NCBI GenBank assembly: GCA_028534125.1
Contig: CM052817.1
Coordinates: 78,184,001-78,248,000 of the forward strand
DNA length: 64,000 bases
From: Lama glama
Taxonomy: Eukaryota
Direction of reading: 5' to 3'
The notes beneath the pieces are model-generated. The model did no database searches and was not told where the DNA came from. It saw nothing but the letters and a program-made list of their open reading frames with translations. Both the position numbers and the translations under genes were made by a program. The first letter of the stretch is position 1, and each line of letters begins with the position of its first letter. This document shows, in pieces, positions 24,861 to 35,915 of the stretch.

Positions 24861-26402
24861 AAAAATGGGATTTGTGAAATCCATTTGTATTGTGATCAGA
24901 GAATGCCATCTTTCTTTTACTGACTATTTGAGATTGATTGACATTCTTGTTTTATGGTTAATATATGATTTTTTTGTACATGTTGCATGTTTGCAAAGAA
25001 TGAATGTATTCTAGTAGATGTTCAGCTTGATATCTTTACTAATTTTTAATCTAGCTGACTTATCAATATGTTTCATGTGTGTATGTGTATTTGTGTGCAT
25101 GTATGTATGTGTGTGTATGTAGTCTAACATAAATTTAGAATATCTAATCCTGGATAGGCCAGACCAATTGCTAGAAAAATGAGCGTACTAGTTTTCTTTT
25201 GATCTGTATTTTGTTTATCTCTTTTTACCCTTTTATTTCCCGTTCTCAGTTTTAGGTTGCTTTGAACATCTCTCTTATAAGCAAGATATATGAGATTTTT
25301 TTCTGTTTGGTTTCTACTCTGACTTTCACTGTATGAGTTTAATCTCTTTATAAAAGTTTTGTTTTTTGTTGGCTTTTTGTTGAATTGTAATAAATATTCA
25401 GAAAACTGCACAAATCATACATATGCACTGAGTGAATTTTCACAAATTGAACACCCCTGTGAAACCACCATCAAGAAACAAAACACTATTACACCCCTAA
25501 AATTTCCTTATGGCTCTTTGTAGCCACTCTTCTCCACCCAGAATTTACGGTACCCTGAATTCTAACATGGTAGATTACCTTAGCCTGCACTTCTGAAATT
25601 ATATAGTGTAGTACAGTATATATTCTTTTTTATTTGAATATTGGATACAGATGTGATAAAAACAAAACATGGCAGGATATTAGTGGTATCTCAGTGGTAA
25701 GTATTTTGGAGTTTATTGTAAAGTTTTTTAAATTTTGCTGTATTTTTGAAAATTGTCATAATGATATGTTAGAAAAATACGTTGTTATATTATCCTGACT
25801 TTCTAGAAAAAGGGCGGTTAAAAGTGTAGGAATTTGTCAATTTGTATAGGGACTTACTAGCTCTAGTTTCTTCAGCAGACACTAGCAGTTTGCAGTGCCC
25901 TTGGCACCTACTTCTCTATAACTGAGAAGAATAGCTCACTGGGATATTCACAGCTTGCTGAATTATTAACAAGCATCTTACATTCTTTATTCTGATTTTA
26001 TATTAATTGAATCATCTTCCGATTTTTGTTTAATTTCTCAAAGAAAAGGAAGTGAATTTAGTAATTTAGACCCATGTTTGATAATTAATTATCTTTCTCA
26101 TTGTAAATTAACATTTTTCATTAGAAAACAGAGTGGTCTGAATTTGGTTTCCTGAGCAGCTCAGGACAAATTAGACATCGAGGTGCAGGCTTCATGGCAC
26201 TCAGCCAGAGGCTCGATGCCTAAGCCAGTCTCTTTGATTCCTAATAGCTAACTACGAAGTCCCAATTATGTAAACTGATGGTCTCTTTATTAATGTTGTG
26301 TACAAATAAAGAATGCTTGAAGGCCTCCATTTCCATAAAATTGCTCCAAAACTAATTGGGGTAAAAGTCTGTCTGTTAATATTTAATTTCTCTTTCAAAC
26401 AG

Positions 26403-26503
26403 GAAGTGCAATTCCTGTATCAGCAATATAGTGCTATTACAAGCATTTTGAATACAGAAATGGCCTTGTTATAAAATGGCTATTAATGGTGTTATTCATT
26501 AAA
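26403..26503 (+). pseudogene. RasGEF pseudogene exon (3' end uncertain)
   Basis: ttctctttcaaacag|EVQFLYQQYSAITSILNTE, then after a frameshift YKMAINGV; compare 'K....F..L..L.S.E.N...YR.AL'. Confidence 0.45.
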
Positions 26504-26977
26504 GTGGGACTCTATTATCTCTCATCCCCTCCAGTACTATACTAGATTACTTTTCTTAAAAAATAATGTTCCATTATAAAAACTTTCCCAATTTAACTTC
26601 GTACCTCAATTGGGAAAAAAAAAACAACAGTTTTACACATTCATGGATATTGGTTGTGTGTTTCTTTGCACTTAGTAATTCCTTATTAATTAAAATATAT
26701 TTTTAAAAGTTATGAATACATGATTTAGGGTACCCTGAACCTTCTCCAAAAAGAAAACTTGAAAGTAAACTGCTAATTTTAAATATTTTCCCTAAAATTC
26801 TAGAGGGAGCTATTGAGATTATGTGGAGACAATGAGTATTCTTACGACTTTATTACAACTATTAAGATGCTCAACTGCAGTCAAACTGAATTAAATTGTC
26901 TTTCAGTAGTCTTGTAATGGAAAAGCCACAGGGTGGCCATATCCTTGCTTTGCAAAATTATAGTTTTTTCCCTTTAG

Positions 26978-27213
26978 CAGAATTCAAGGATATAATGTAT
27001 ACCATTTTCTCTCCGGAGTACCTACATAGCAGACAGAGTGCATAATTGTAGTCTAAGAAAAACTAAAATTCCTCTCATTAAGAACCCGGTTTGTACTTTT
27101 GAAATTTTTCCAGTGCTGTATTCATGAAAAAGAGCAAGCAAATTAAATATACAAATAAATCAAATAAGAGTTACAGAAACGTTGTAGAAAATGAATCTGC
27201 AAGAGATAAGCAA
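26978..27213 (+). pseudogene. RasGEF pseudogene exon (SCR3 'PCIPF' motif)
   Basis: ttttttccctttag|; one frame reads QNSRI*CIPFSLRSTYIADRVH...LYS*KRASKLNIQINQIR, compare 'PCIPFLG.YL.DL.F' and 'INF.KR.K....I.EI'. Confidence 0.7.
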
Positions 27214-27701
27214 GTGAAATGTCATAGTTAAGTGAGTGAGTGGGACATCACAGCAGAGAAAATGAGCCCTGATCTCAAAGTCTGGGCACTACTGTGCTGC
27301 TTCAGTTTTGATAATGCACCAGTGCTTGGACAAATGTCTTAGTGTCCCTGAGCCCCATGAACTAATCATAAGATAAAATGGGGAGAATTCATTTATGAGG
27401 ATTAAATGGGCTGATATCAACAGAAATGCTGTACCCATTGAATGATGCTGTGCAAATGGCAATTCCATTTTTTACTTAGGGATGTTTTCTCTTCTCAGCA
27501 TGCCTAAGCATGTTTATCCTACGTGTGTAAGAGAAATTCTGACTGTGGCAGGGTCACAGCTTGGGTCGCAGTGTGTGATGTGCATCTTCACTCTCTAAAT
27601 AGCAAAGACACTAGTGACTTAGGCAGTGTGATTTGAACAATGCTGCCAGGCCCCTCCTGCTCTAGAAATATCTCGGGAAATAGCCTTCCATTGCCTGGAA
27701 C

Positions 27702-28218
27702 TGTTACTGAGTCCAGACTAGTTCTACTCACCACACGACAGGCCAGTAAATAGGGAGGCGAGGTGCTGGGGTGAGGAATAATGACTTTATTTGGAAAGCC
27801 AGCAGACCAAGATGGCAGACTAATGTCCTGGACAGCCATCTTCCCCAAGTCAAAATTCAGGCTCCTTTTATACTAAAAAGAGGAGGAGGTATTGTTGGCT
27901 GTTGCAAACTTCTTGGAGTCCGAATCCTTTGTTCTTGCAGCTGTCCACGTAGGTCAGGTCCTGGTGTCCCTGTAAGCCTCCAACAAGACGATTATTATTT
28001 TCTGTTCTGCAACTTTTTATCTTTATATGAATGGGAAAGTGTTATACCCTTAAAGGTCAGAGCCTTGAGAATGGGCTATCTGGTATATTTTAGGCTCTAG
28101 GCAACATTCTTTTGCAAAAGGTGCAGAACCAGCATGACTAAGCCCAGGAAACAGAGAACAGGGTTAGAGCTAAAGAAACAGATCTAAGATGGAGTCAGAT
28201 TTGTTCTTTTCTACTACA
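27702..28218 (-). mobile_element. ERV solo LTR (ERV1-like)
   Basis: TG...CA ends; minus-strand AATAAA (actttattt) and TATA-like signal (ccttttatac); aagatggagtc motif near the other end. Confidence 0.75.
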
Positions 28219-28219
28219 G

Positions 28220-29110
28220 TTCAAGAAGGGAATACATGCATGTGGAAGCCCAATATAGGGTGTCAAACTACAACAAAGGTGGAGAGGGTCTCGTTTGGAC
28301 CAACAGGAGTGATGGAGCCCAAGAGGGGTGAAAAGGGCATTCATGCAGAGGTGCATCCCGGCATGGGGAGGCAGCAGGGGGAGAAGGGTGTCCACGTGAG
28401 CGAGGTCAGGTGGTGGCAACAGATTTGAGAGATTGTTGACATATAAGGGGATTGGTTAATAGAGCCAAGTTTCTCATTGTCTGAAAAGTCAGATATAGAA
28501 AAGGAGAAAGCTAGCACAAACCATGTAGTACCAAGTTTGGTATGATCACATGGCTTTCAATAGATAAAGATAGATAGAGAAGTAAACATACAGGTAACTA
28601 TGTGTATGTATGAGCGTGCATATCTGCCCGTCCACTGATAGGGCCTGGATATAGCAACACCCCAGTAATAATGAACACAACTAGGTCCTAGATACTGACT
28701 TCTAAATCCCATTCTCCAGTAACAGGAGCTCGAACTTTTGGAGAAAAATGGCCAATTTGAGGGCTGGAGCAGGAAACCTCAGTCAGATGAGTCTAGAAGA
28801 CCTTGTTGTTTCCAGAAAGGAAATGCTCAAAGAATGATGGGGATATACCCAAAAGAAACTGGAGTCAGCATGAGTGGCCTCCCACTGACCAAATTAGGAA
28901 AAATTTAAGCATCAAAATCAGTGATAGAGTAAAACTCATTGAACAAAATAGGAAATCTTGAGTCCTTACAGATACAAATAAATAAGTGTGTGAATAAATT
29001 GAAATTTATTCTTTTAATGTAAAGGGATATTTACACAGCTCAAAGTACCTCTCCCCACAAAACACACTTTGAAAGCAGAAAAGAGTAACTTTACAGTAGA
29101 GGATCTTGGT
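28220..29110 (+). mobile_element. Old LINE-1 (L1MC/L1MD-like) 3' UTR fragment
   Basis: ctagatactgacttctaaatcccattctccagtaacagga; aaagagtaactttacagtagagg. Confidence 0.65.
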
Positions 29111-29254
29111 GACACAACACAGCCTTTTTCAATTAGGACACCACATTTGAATTAAAGAACACACATTTGGGTGATTATTTTCTCAGTTCTTCCAAGAATG
29201 GTGCATTCTAAAAGCGTAAGAAATAAATGAATTCATTACATATGAGTGTCTTAG

Positions 29255-29555
29255 AGCACAGGTCAGCAAAATAGAGCCTGCAGGATCAATCCAGCCAGCT
29301 ACCTTTTTTTTTTTAATGTATTTATCACGAGCTAACAATGACTTCTTACATTTTTAAATGGTTGAAAAAAGGAAAAAGAAGGTGACATTGTGATATGTGA
29401 AAGTTAAGTGAAATTCAAATCTCATTGTCCATAAATAGAATTTTAATGCAACCAGAGCCATTTGTTTATGCATTATCCATGGCTTCTTTCCTGTTACAGT
29501 GGCCTAAATTATTAATACATGGCCATTGACAGAAAAAGTTTGCCAAGCCCAGCCT
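29255..29555. mobile_element. hAT-Charlie MITE (MER58-like)
   Basis: caggtcagcaaa...gaaaaagtttgccaagccc terminal motifs. Confidence 0.7.
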
Positions 29556-30581
29556 TAGAATATTAGGGTTTAGTTCTCTCAGAGTATCTTTGGTTGAGAA
29601 AAACTGGACCAAAGTGAACATCATCAGTAATGAAACAAGTTGAACTTGTGTGTCACCAATTAGGATCCATGAGTTAATGGATGTCAAATATTTTTTCTTC
29701 ACCTACAGAGATAATCTTTTTTCAGTTTGTTCTTATGGTGAATTATATTGACTGATTTTAAAATGAAACAACCTTGGTTTCCTGTGATAAACTCACTAGG
29801 GCATGATATGTTCTTTCTTTTTAATATTGTTATAATGTATTTTCTAATATTTGATTAAGGATGATTGTGTCCGCTTAATGGGGAATATTAATCTTTAATT
29901 TTCTTGTAATTCTTTTCTGCTCTTGGTGTCTGGCTGATTTGTGACTCAGAATGTTTGGGATGTGCCTCCTCCTCTTCTGTCTTTTGGAAGTTTATACAGA
30001 TTTGGTATTACCTTTTCCTTTAATATTTTGTGAATTTGCTGAGTCTTCTGAGTTGGGAGCCATCTGAACTCTGGGGCTTATCCCACCTCTTCTTTAACGT
30101 GATCTTTTCCTGTTTTGGGTAGGTTCCTCCTACATCTGTGCCTGTCAGTACTGGGTCAAACACTTGAGAGAGCCCTCTGCAAATTTTTAGAGATTCCCCT
30201 GTGGAGCTCTTTTCTTCCTGATATTTGGTTCTGATTTAGCCTCCAAAATTCAACTCTGCTTCCTCAAAGCACTGCGATCACTGGGTCTGTTTTGTTTGCC
30301 TCTCTCCACCTCTCCACATGGGCTAGAAACTCTCTCCAGGCAGTAAGCTGGAGGCAGTTATAGGGCTTGTATCATTTGTTTCTCTTCTTTTGGAGATGAC
30401 CGTCTGAGCTGCCTAATACCCAAAGTCTGAAAAGTGTGTGTTCTTATAGTAGACTTTTCTAGCTGATTTCATGGGGGGAAAAGTACATTGGCTTCTGCTA
30501 AATCCTCATGACCAAGAAAAGAAGTCATTCAATATTGTTTTATATTTATGTACCATCTTCCAAATTACAACTGAGAAATTT

Positions 30582-31590
30582 ACATTTACTTATATATATG
30601 TATATATTTATTTATTGAAATATAGTCAGTTTACAATATTGTGTCAATTTCTGATGTACAACATAATGCTTCAGTCATGCATGAACATACATATATTCGT
30701 TTCATACTCTTCTTCACCATAAGTTACTATAAGATACTGAATATAGTTCCCTGTGCTATACAGTATGAACTTGTTGTTTATTCTATATATATTAGCTAGT
30801 ATCTGCAAATCTTGAACTCCCAATTTGTCCCATCCCACCCCATTCCCCCGCCTGTAACCATAAGTTTGTTTTCTATGTCTGTGAGTCTATTTCTGTTTTG
30901 TAAATAAGTTTGTTTGTCTTTTTTTTTTAGATTCCACATAAAAGTGATATCATATGGTATTTTTCTTTCTCTTTCTGGCTTACTTCACTTAGAATGAATA
31001 TATAAACAGCTCATACAACTTAATAATGAAAAAACAAACAACCCAATCCAAAACTGGGCAGAACGCCCAAACAAGCAATTCTCCAATGAAGACATACAAA
31101 TGGCCAATAGACACATGAAAAAATGCTCCACATTGCTAATTATCAGAGAAATGCAATTGAAAACTACAATGAGGTATCACCTAACACCAGTTAGAATGGC
31201 CATCATTCAAAAGTCCACAAACGATAAATGCTGGAGAGGGTTTGGAGAAAAGGGAACTTTCCTAAACTGTTGGTGGGAATATAGTTTGGTGAAACCATCA
31301 TGGAAAACAGTATGGAGATTCCTCAAAAGACTTAAAATAGACTTACCATATGATTCAGCAATCCCACTCCTGGGCATATATCCAGAGGGAACTCTAATTC
31401 AAAAAGAGACATGCACTCCAATGTTCATAGCAGCATTATTTACAAATAGCCAAGACATGGAAACAACCTAAATATCCATTGACAGATGACTGGATAAAGA
31501 AGTTGTGGTATATTTATATAATGGAATACTACTTGGCCATAAAAAATAAAATAATGACATTTGCAGCAACATGGATGGGCCTGGAGAAAT
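30582..31590 (-). mobile_element. Lineage-specific LINE-1 with a 5' inversion
   Basis: 3' UTR on - (about 30605-30997) joined to ORF2 C-terminus on + (ORF 31100-31471, [29 protein letters not shown]); gagaaattt on both flanks. Confidence 0.9.
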
Positions 31591-32139
31591 TTTTTAAAAA
31601 TTTATCCATAAACATTTAAAAATAACCATTGAATAAACATTTGAAGAAACCCCAAAATGTCCTACCTTTGACTGTTAGTTCAAGGTTGGACTCCAAAGAA
31701 CTTCTTTCTTATTGTTTAATCAAGGAAGAGCAATTTTAAGTTTAAAACATTTTGAGATTCCATGTAAAAAGGCAGATTTTGAAATTATTTAAAAGGGAAG
31801 CAACTCATTGAATTTTTTATACATTTATATGCATATATTTGTATGAAGAAAAACTATATTCCATTTTCAATGATATTCTAAAACAAAAAATAAAAATTTA
31901 ATTTACCACAAATTTTGGAGTTTATAGCTTATATCACAGATTAAGCAGGGGAAAAAATTAGTAGGTTCATTTCACTCATATATAAATATAATTTGTAGGT
32001 AGTGATATAATCTCTATTTCCTCTGAAAGAAACAACATTCATTTCTAAAGAAACAGACATTATATGACAAGTCCACTTTACAGTGAACTCCTTCATTGAT
32101 AAGAAGTAACTTTCGTTTGAGTTTTTTCCCTCCTAACAG

Positions 32140-32281
32140 AAACGTCTGCAATAGAACACTAAACTCATTTATATTGAAATCACTACGATCATTTCATGAA
32201 TTCTTTGTTATCAAATTTATTGGATTAACAGTTATGTTCTCATTATATAATACTCAAGGCACATCCACAATCTATTGAGAG
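32140..32281 (+). pseudogene. RasGEF pseudogene exon, C-terminal part of CDC25 domain
   Basis: ttttttccctcctaacag|KRLQ, then with frameshifts SFILKSLRSFHEFF and QSIE|gt; compare 'Q..PY.L.P...IQ.FL'. Confidence 0.45.
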
Positions 32282-33203
32282 GTGTTCTATTATAATTATA
32301 TTGTAGTAGTGATGCCAGGAACAACTGCTTCAGAGCATCTCCTGAAAAGTGGTTTCCAATTATGTAATTTTCCAACTAAATTTTGTATCATAATTAGAGT
32401 TCAGCAATTGATAACATCATGGAAGATTTTCATTTAAAAATTAGAACAGTCTCACTCATAATGTCGTATTTGGTAATCATGCTAAGAGTGAAAAAAATCT
32501 GAACTGCCTGAAAAGGAGTCACCTTTCTGTTGGCTTAACTAAGCAATATTCAGTATTAGGAAGCAGGGGCAATACTTGATAATAGGAAACATTTTTCTAA
32601 GAAAGATGTATTAGGAAATAGCTACAATGTGAATGATGAAAGAGAAAATATAGAAAGACAAAAATATTTTGTTTTATTTTGATAGATGTTAATAAACAGG
32701 AACTTTCACTAAGAAAAATATTAACTTGAAAATAAATGATAAAATGCAACAGGTACTTTAGGCAAGGGAAGAAAATAAATGAATTTGCTATTAAATGCAA
32801 AGCATAAATATGAAGGTGCTGGTGGGTAATTTTTCAGGACATAGATAGTGAATATATATTATTTCATATGGTAAATCACATTTCTATTATAGCATTGAAT
32901 GACATAATGAATCTCTCCTCTTCAAAATGCTAAATTTTTCAAAAACCCTTAGTGTTGCCCATCAGTCTGACCCTCAGACACAGGTAAAGAGCCTTCTGCT
33001 TTGGGCTCTAGACTTTAGAGGGTCCACATATCGTAAACAAAATAAAGGAACAAACACATTTACTAAAGAACGCACGGGCACCTCTGCACTTGGGGTCTGG
33101 CTCCCAGCGCCGACAAGACCTGGAACTCCAAATATCATGTCTTATTTCTGAAACTATTCAGGCCCCAGTGAAATGTCACTCATATCTTAGTCCATATGTC
33201 CTT

Positions 33204-35299
33204 TTAACAAAAAGTGACCACACGGGAATGCCATGAAGATTTGTGAATGGTGCATTTACTGATATCAGAAATAGGTAACACTTTTGTTTGGTTGGAGAGG
33301 ATGTGGGTTATAGCAGTGCTTAGCTAAGAGGCAGGCTAATTAGTGAAAAAACTTGTTCTCCTAGACTGTATGAACACAGTCAATTCTTGAATAATGAAGT
33401 ACCATTCTATAGTAATGTCAAGCATCTGTTCTTACTTTTGCGTGTATTTCAAATTGTAGTTCTGTGACTACTCATGAATTAGCAGCGAACTCACATCAAT
33501 TGCAGATGGTGGCTGAAGAACAGTTTGCAACACTCCACAAATCATATTACTCTTAAATTTAAATATTTGTGCAACTAGATGTAAAATACATGAAGCATGA
33601 AATCAATTCTTTCAGTGGCAACTAGATAAACATTGAACACTAGAATTGTGAATAGTGTGACTTTAATCAAAATATTTCATAAATTTAAATAAATTTTCAA
33701 ACAAACGAATGTCAGCTTTATTTGAATCATTCTGTGTAAATTTTTTATTATTTAGATAATTTTAATTTTTAAGAGTTTAAAAGAAAAATAGTTTTTCAGA
33801 GTACAATAAACGCTTTAATGTTTTACTGAAACACAATAAGTATCCAGAAAGTGCACATAGTATAGTTCTGTGAATTTTAATAAACTGCATAGCCAAGTAA
33901 CCAGTATTTGGATGAAGAAAGAGAACATTGTCTGCACCTAGGAGTTGCATAATACTTTGTTCCAATCACTGCTCCTTCCTCAAGATTAACCATTGTTACA
34001 TCATAACGATCCTTTCATCTTTTGCATATAATCAATAATATTTATAATTACAGGAGTAACATTCCCTTATGTACACAAGTGCCACCAAGATTCAAGAGGA
34101 GGAGATTATATGGGACATATATGCCAGGGAGTGGAAATCATGGGGAGAATCTTAGAATTTGCCTGCTGTAGTAGGCTATCCATTTTCAGATGCTATCTAT
34201 CTGATAGAAATAAAGTAAGTCCCTCAAGATCACATGCATAATGAGTCACAAAGCTGCAGCCAGAATACAAGTATTCTAACACAAAACCCAATGATCTTTC
34301 TACTACATTAACCTAGGCTCAGCATGTTCATTGGCTTCCAAATGTCTTTCTGTTTTTCTATTTATCAGTATATTTTAAATAAGACAACTAGAACTAACAA
34401 TTTTAGGAGTATGGGGATTTCCTTTAAAAAGTCGTTGTATAGACTTTCCACATTAGAGAACTAATATCATAACTGAAACAGAGTGTAGTTAATAACCATT
34501 ATGCCTATTGAATAACAGACATTGTTAAACAAGTCTGTATTGTCAACAACTCAGAGACCCAGAAAGCCCGGGTTGGCACTGTTCTAACTGGTGTCCATCC
34601 AGTAGAGAGTGAAATAGGCTCACGTCTGCTGCTTTAGTCTGAATTCATATGACTTTTAGTGTTTGCCCCACATTTTAAACACCAGGAGAATAAAAGCACC
34701 TCAGATGCTGTTCCTCCTCAAAAATCGTTTTCCATCAATCATGATAAATAATCCCTTTCTATTTAAACTATTATAGGACAATTATCTGGGTCATTATAGA
34801 CAAGACACATGCACTGACAGGTTTGCAGAGTGTGGCCAGAGCAATATCCTATGCAAGGTGACATACAAAGTGCACGTCAGCTTTAAATGTATATGAAATC
34901 AGTTTTCTTTACTTTGTATTGGCACTGTCTTTGCTCCACTTAAGAAAAATAAGTGGCATATGGGAACCCAGCTCCAGCTGATGAGTACGAGGACTGGATT
35001 TTTACTTACTGCAGAGGTTAGAATCAGAGCCTCTGAGTGGCACTTCCAGCCTCATTCTGCAAGAATCTACCCAACGGGAGACTTTGAGGCATTGCTGAGA
35101 CCACTGGAACCAGCTCCCGCATCCCACACGAGTTCCCGGTGCTCTACTCTGCCAGAGTAAGAAGGTAATAATTGGGGTAGGAGAGAGACAGCCAGGCCCA
35201 GAGAATTCATAACAGGTTCACTGTGCCAAGATACGAATATGCTGAAATATCTGATGCTCCCCGAAGCAGCCTTGGAAAACACTATTCGCTTGCCCTCAT
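33204..35299 (-). pseudogene. Unprocessed ZP3-like (ZPC-family) pseudogene
   Basis: Exon 35299-35010 (ttccag|..|gtaagt; SGPGCLSP..VGCGSWFQWSQQCL, compare ZP3 'LGPEACEP..ECGNSMQVTDDAL'). Exon ~34681-34497 (LKC..GWTPVRTV..ELLTI, compare 'IEC..TWLPFRTT..EKLTF'). Exon 33621-~33204 (LNLRVI*FVECC; MLDITIEWYF; DISKCTIHKSSW, compare 'PLRLFVDHC', 'LQFTVDVFHF', 'NKACSF....W'). Confidence 0.6.
33365..33467 (+). pseudogene. Candidate terminal coding exon of the RasGEF pseudogene
   Basis: ttgttctcctag|, phase 2 matching the previous exon, reads LYEHSQFLNNE...VVL*, compare 'LY.LS..IEPR'; lies antisense to the ZP3-like ZP-C exon. Confidence 0.4.
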
Positions 35300-35589
35300 C
35301 TGGAAACCACAACTGCTTCTTATAGAATGTTCTGTGGTTGAAGCTGGCAGTGCTAAGTTTCCACACAGCAAAGTAAATAAATGCAGTATTTGCTTTTTTA
35401 AAAAGTTAATGAACACTGCTGATTTCCAACTGCTGGTAGAAAAATATAATTGTCAAGATTTCCTTGGGAAAATTGTGATTCTTACATTTCATGAAGTCAG
35501 TGATACTAATCTACTTAAAAGTCTTAATCAACATACCCAAAGAATCAGAGAGGGCATAAAAGGGAGAGAGAGATCTTTTTGAAAATAAC

Positions 35590-35801
35590 TAAAGCAGAAA
35601 CAGATTCACAGACATAGAAAACAAATTTATGGTTACCGGTGGGGGGAAGGGGGTTGGTGGAGGGAAAAATTAGGCGTTTCGGATTTGCAGATACAAATTA
35701 CTGTATATAAAACAGATAAACAATGAAGTCCTACTGCACAGCACAGGGAACTATATTCAATACCTTGTAATAGTCTATAATGAAAAAGAATATGAAAAGG
35801 A

Positions 35802-35842
<41 letters not shown>

Positions 35843-35915
35843 TATATATCTCATTCACTGTGCTGTACAACAGAAATTGACATATTATAAACCCACTGTA
35901 CTTCAATTTTTTAAA
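35590..35915 (+). mobile_element. LINE-1 3' end with internal (TG)n microsatellite
   Basis: gaaacagattcacagacatagaaaacaaatttatggttacc..gcacagggaactatattcaatacc; (TG)n at about 35810-35832. Confidence 0.9.

Larger units (their letters stand above)
219..33467 (+). pseudogene. Unprocessed pseudogene of a REM + CDC25-homology (RasGEF) domain protein; 5' end probably lies upstream of the window
   Basis: Segments with canonical AG acceptors and mostly recognisable GT donors, in the expected domain order: 219-366, 612-789, 12914-13034, 17843-18012, 22450-22517, 26403-~26503, ~26978-27213, 32140-32281, 33365-33467. They read as REM motifs (ECLLEKYI..TFLNLF..LLQPLIR; IL*TWIREFP), then CDC25 motifs (EFLERFQ; KTEIVKSF..IVNHC; TISSILATSVFR; CIPF..TYIADRVH; KRASKL..INQIR; LYEHS). 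In-frame stops and frameshifts are present. Confidence 0.7.
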
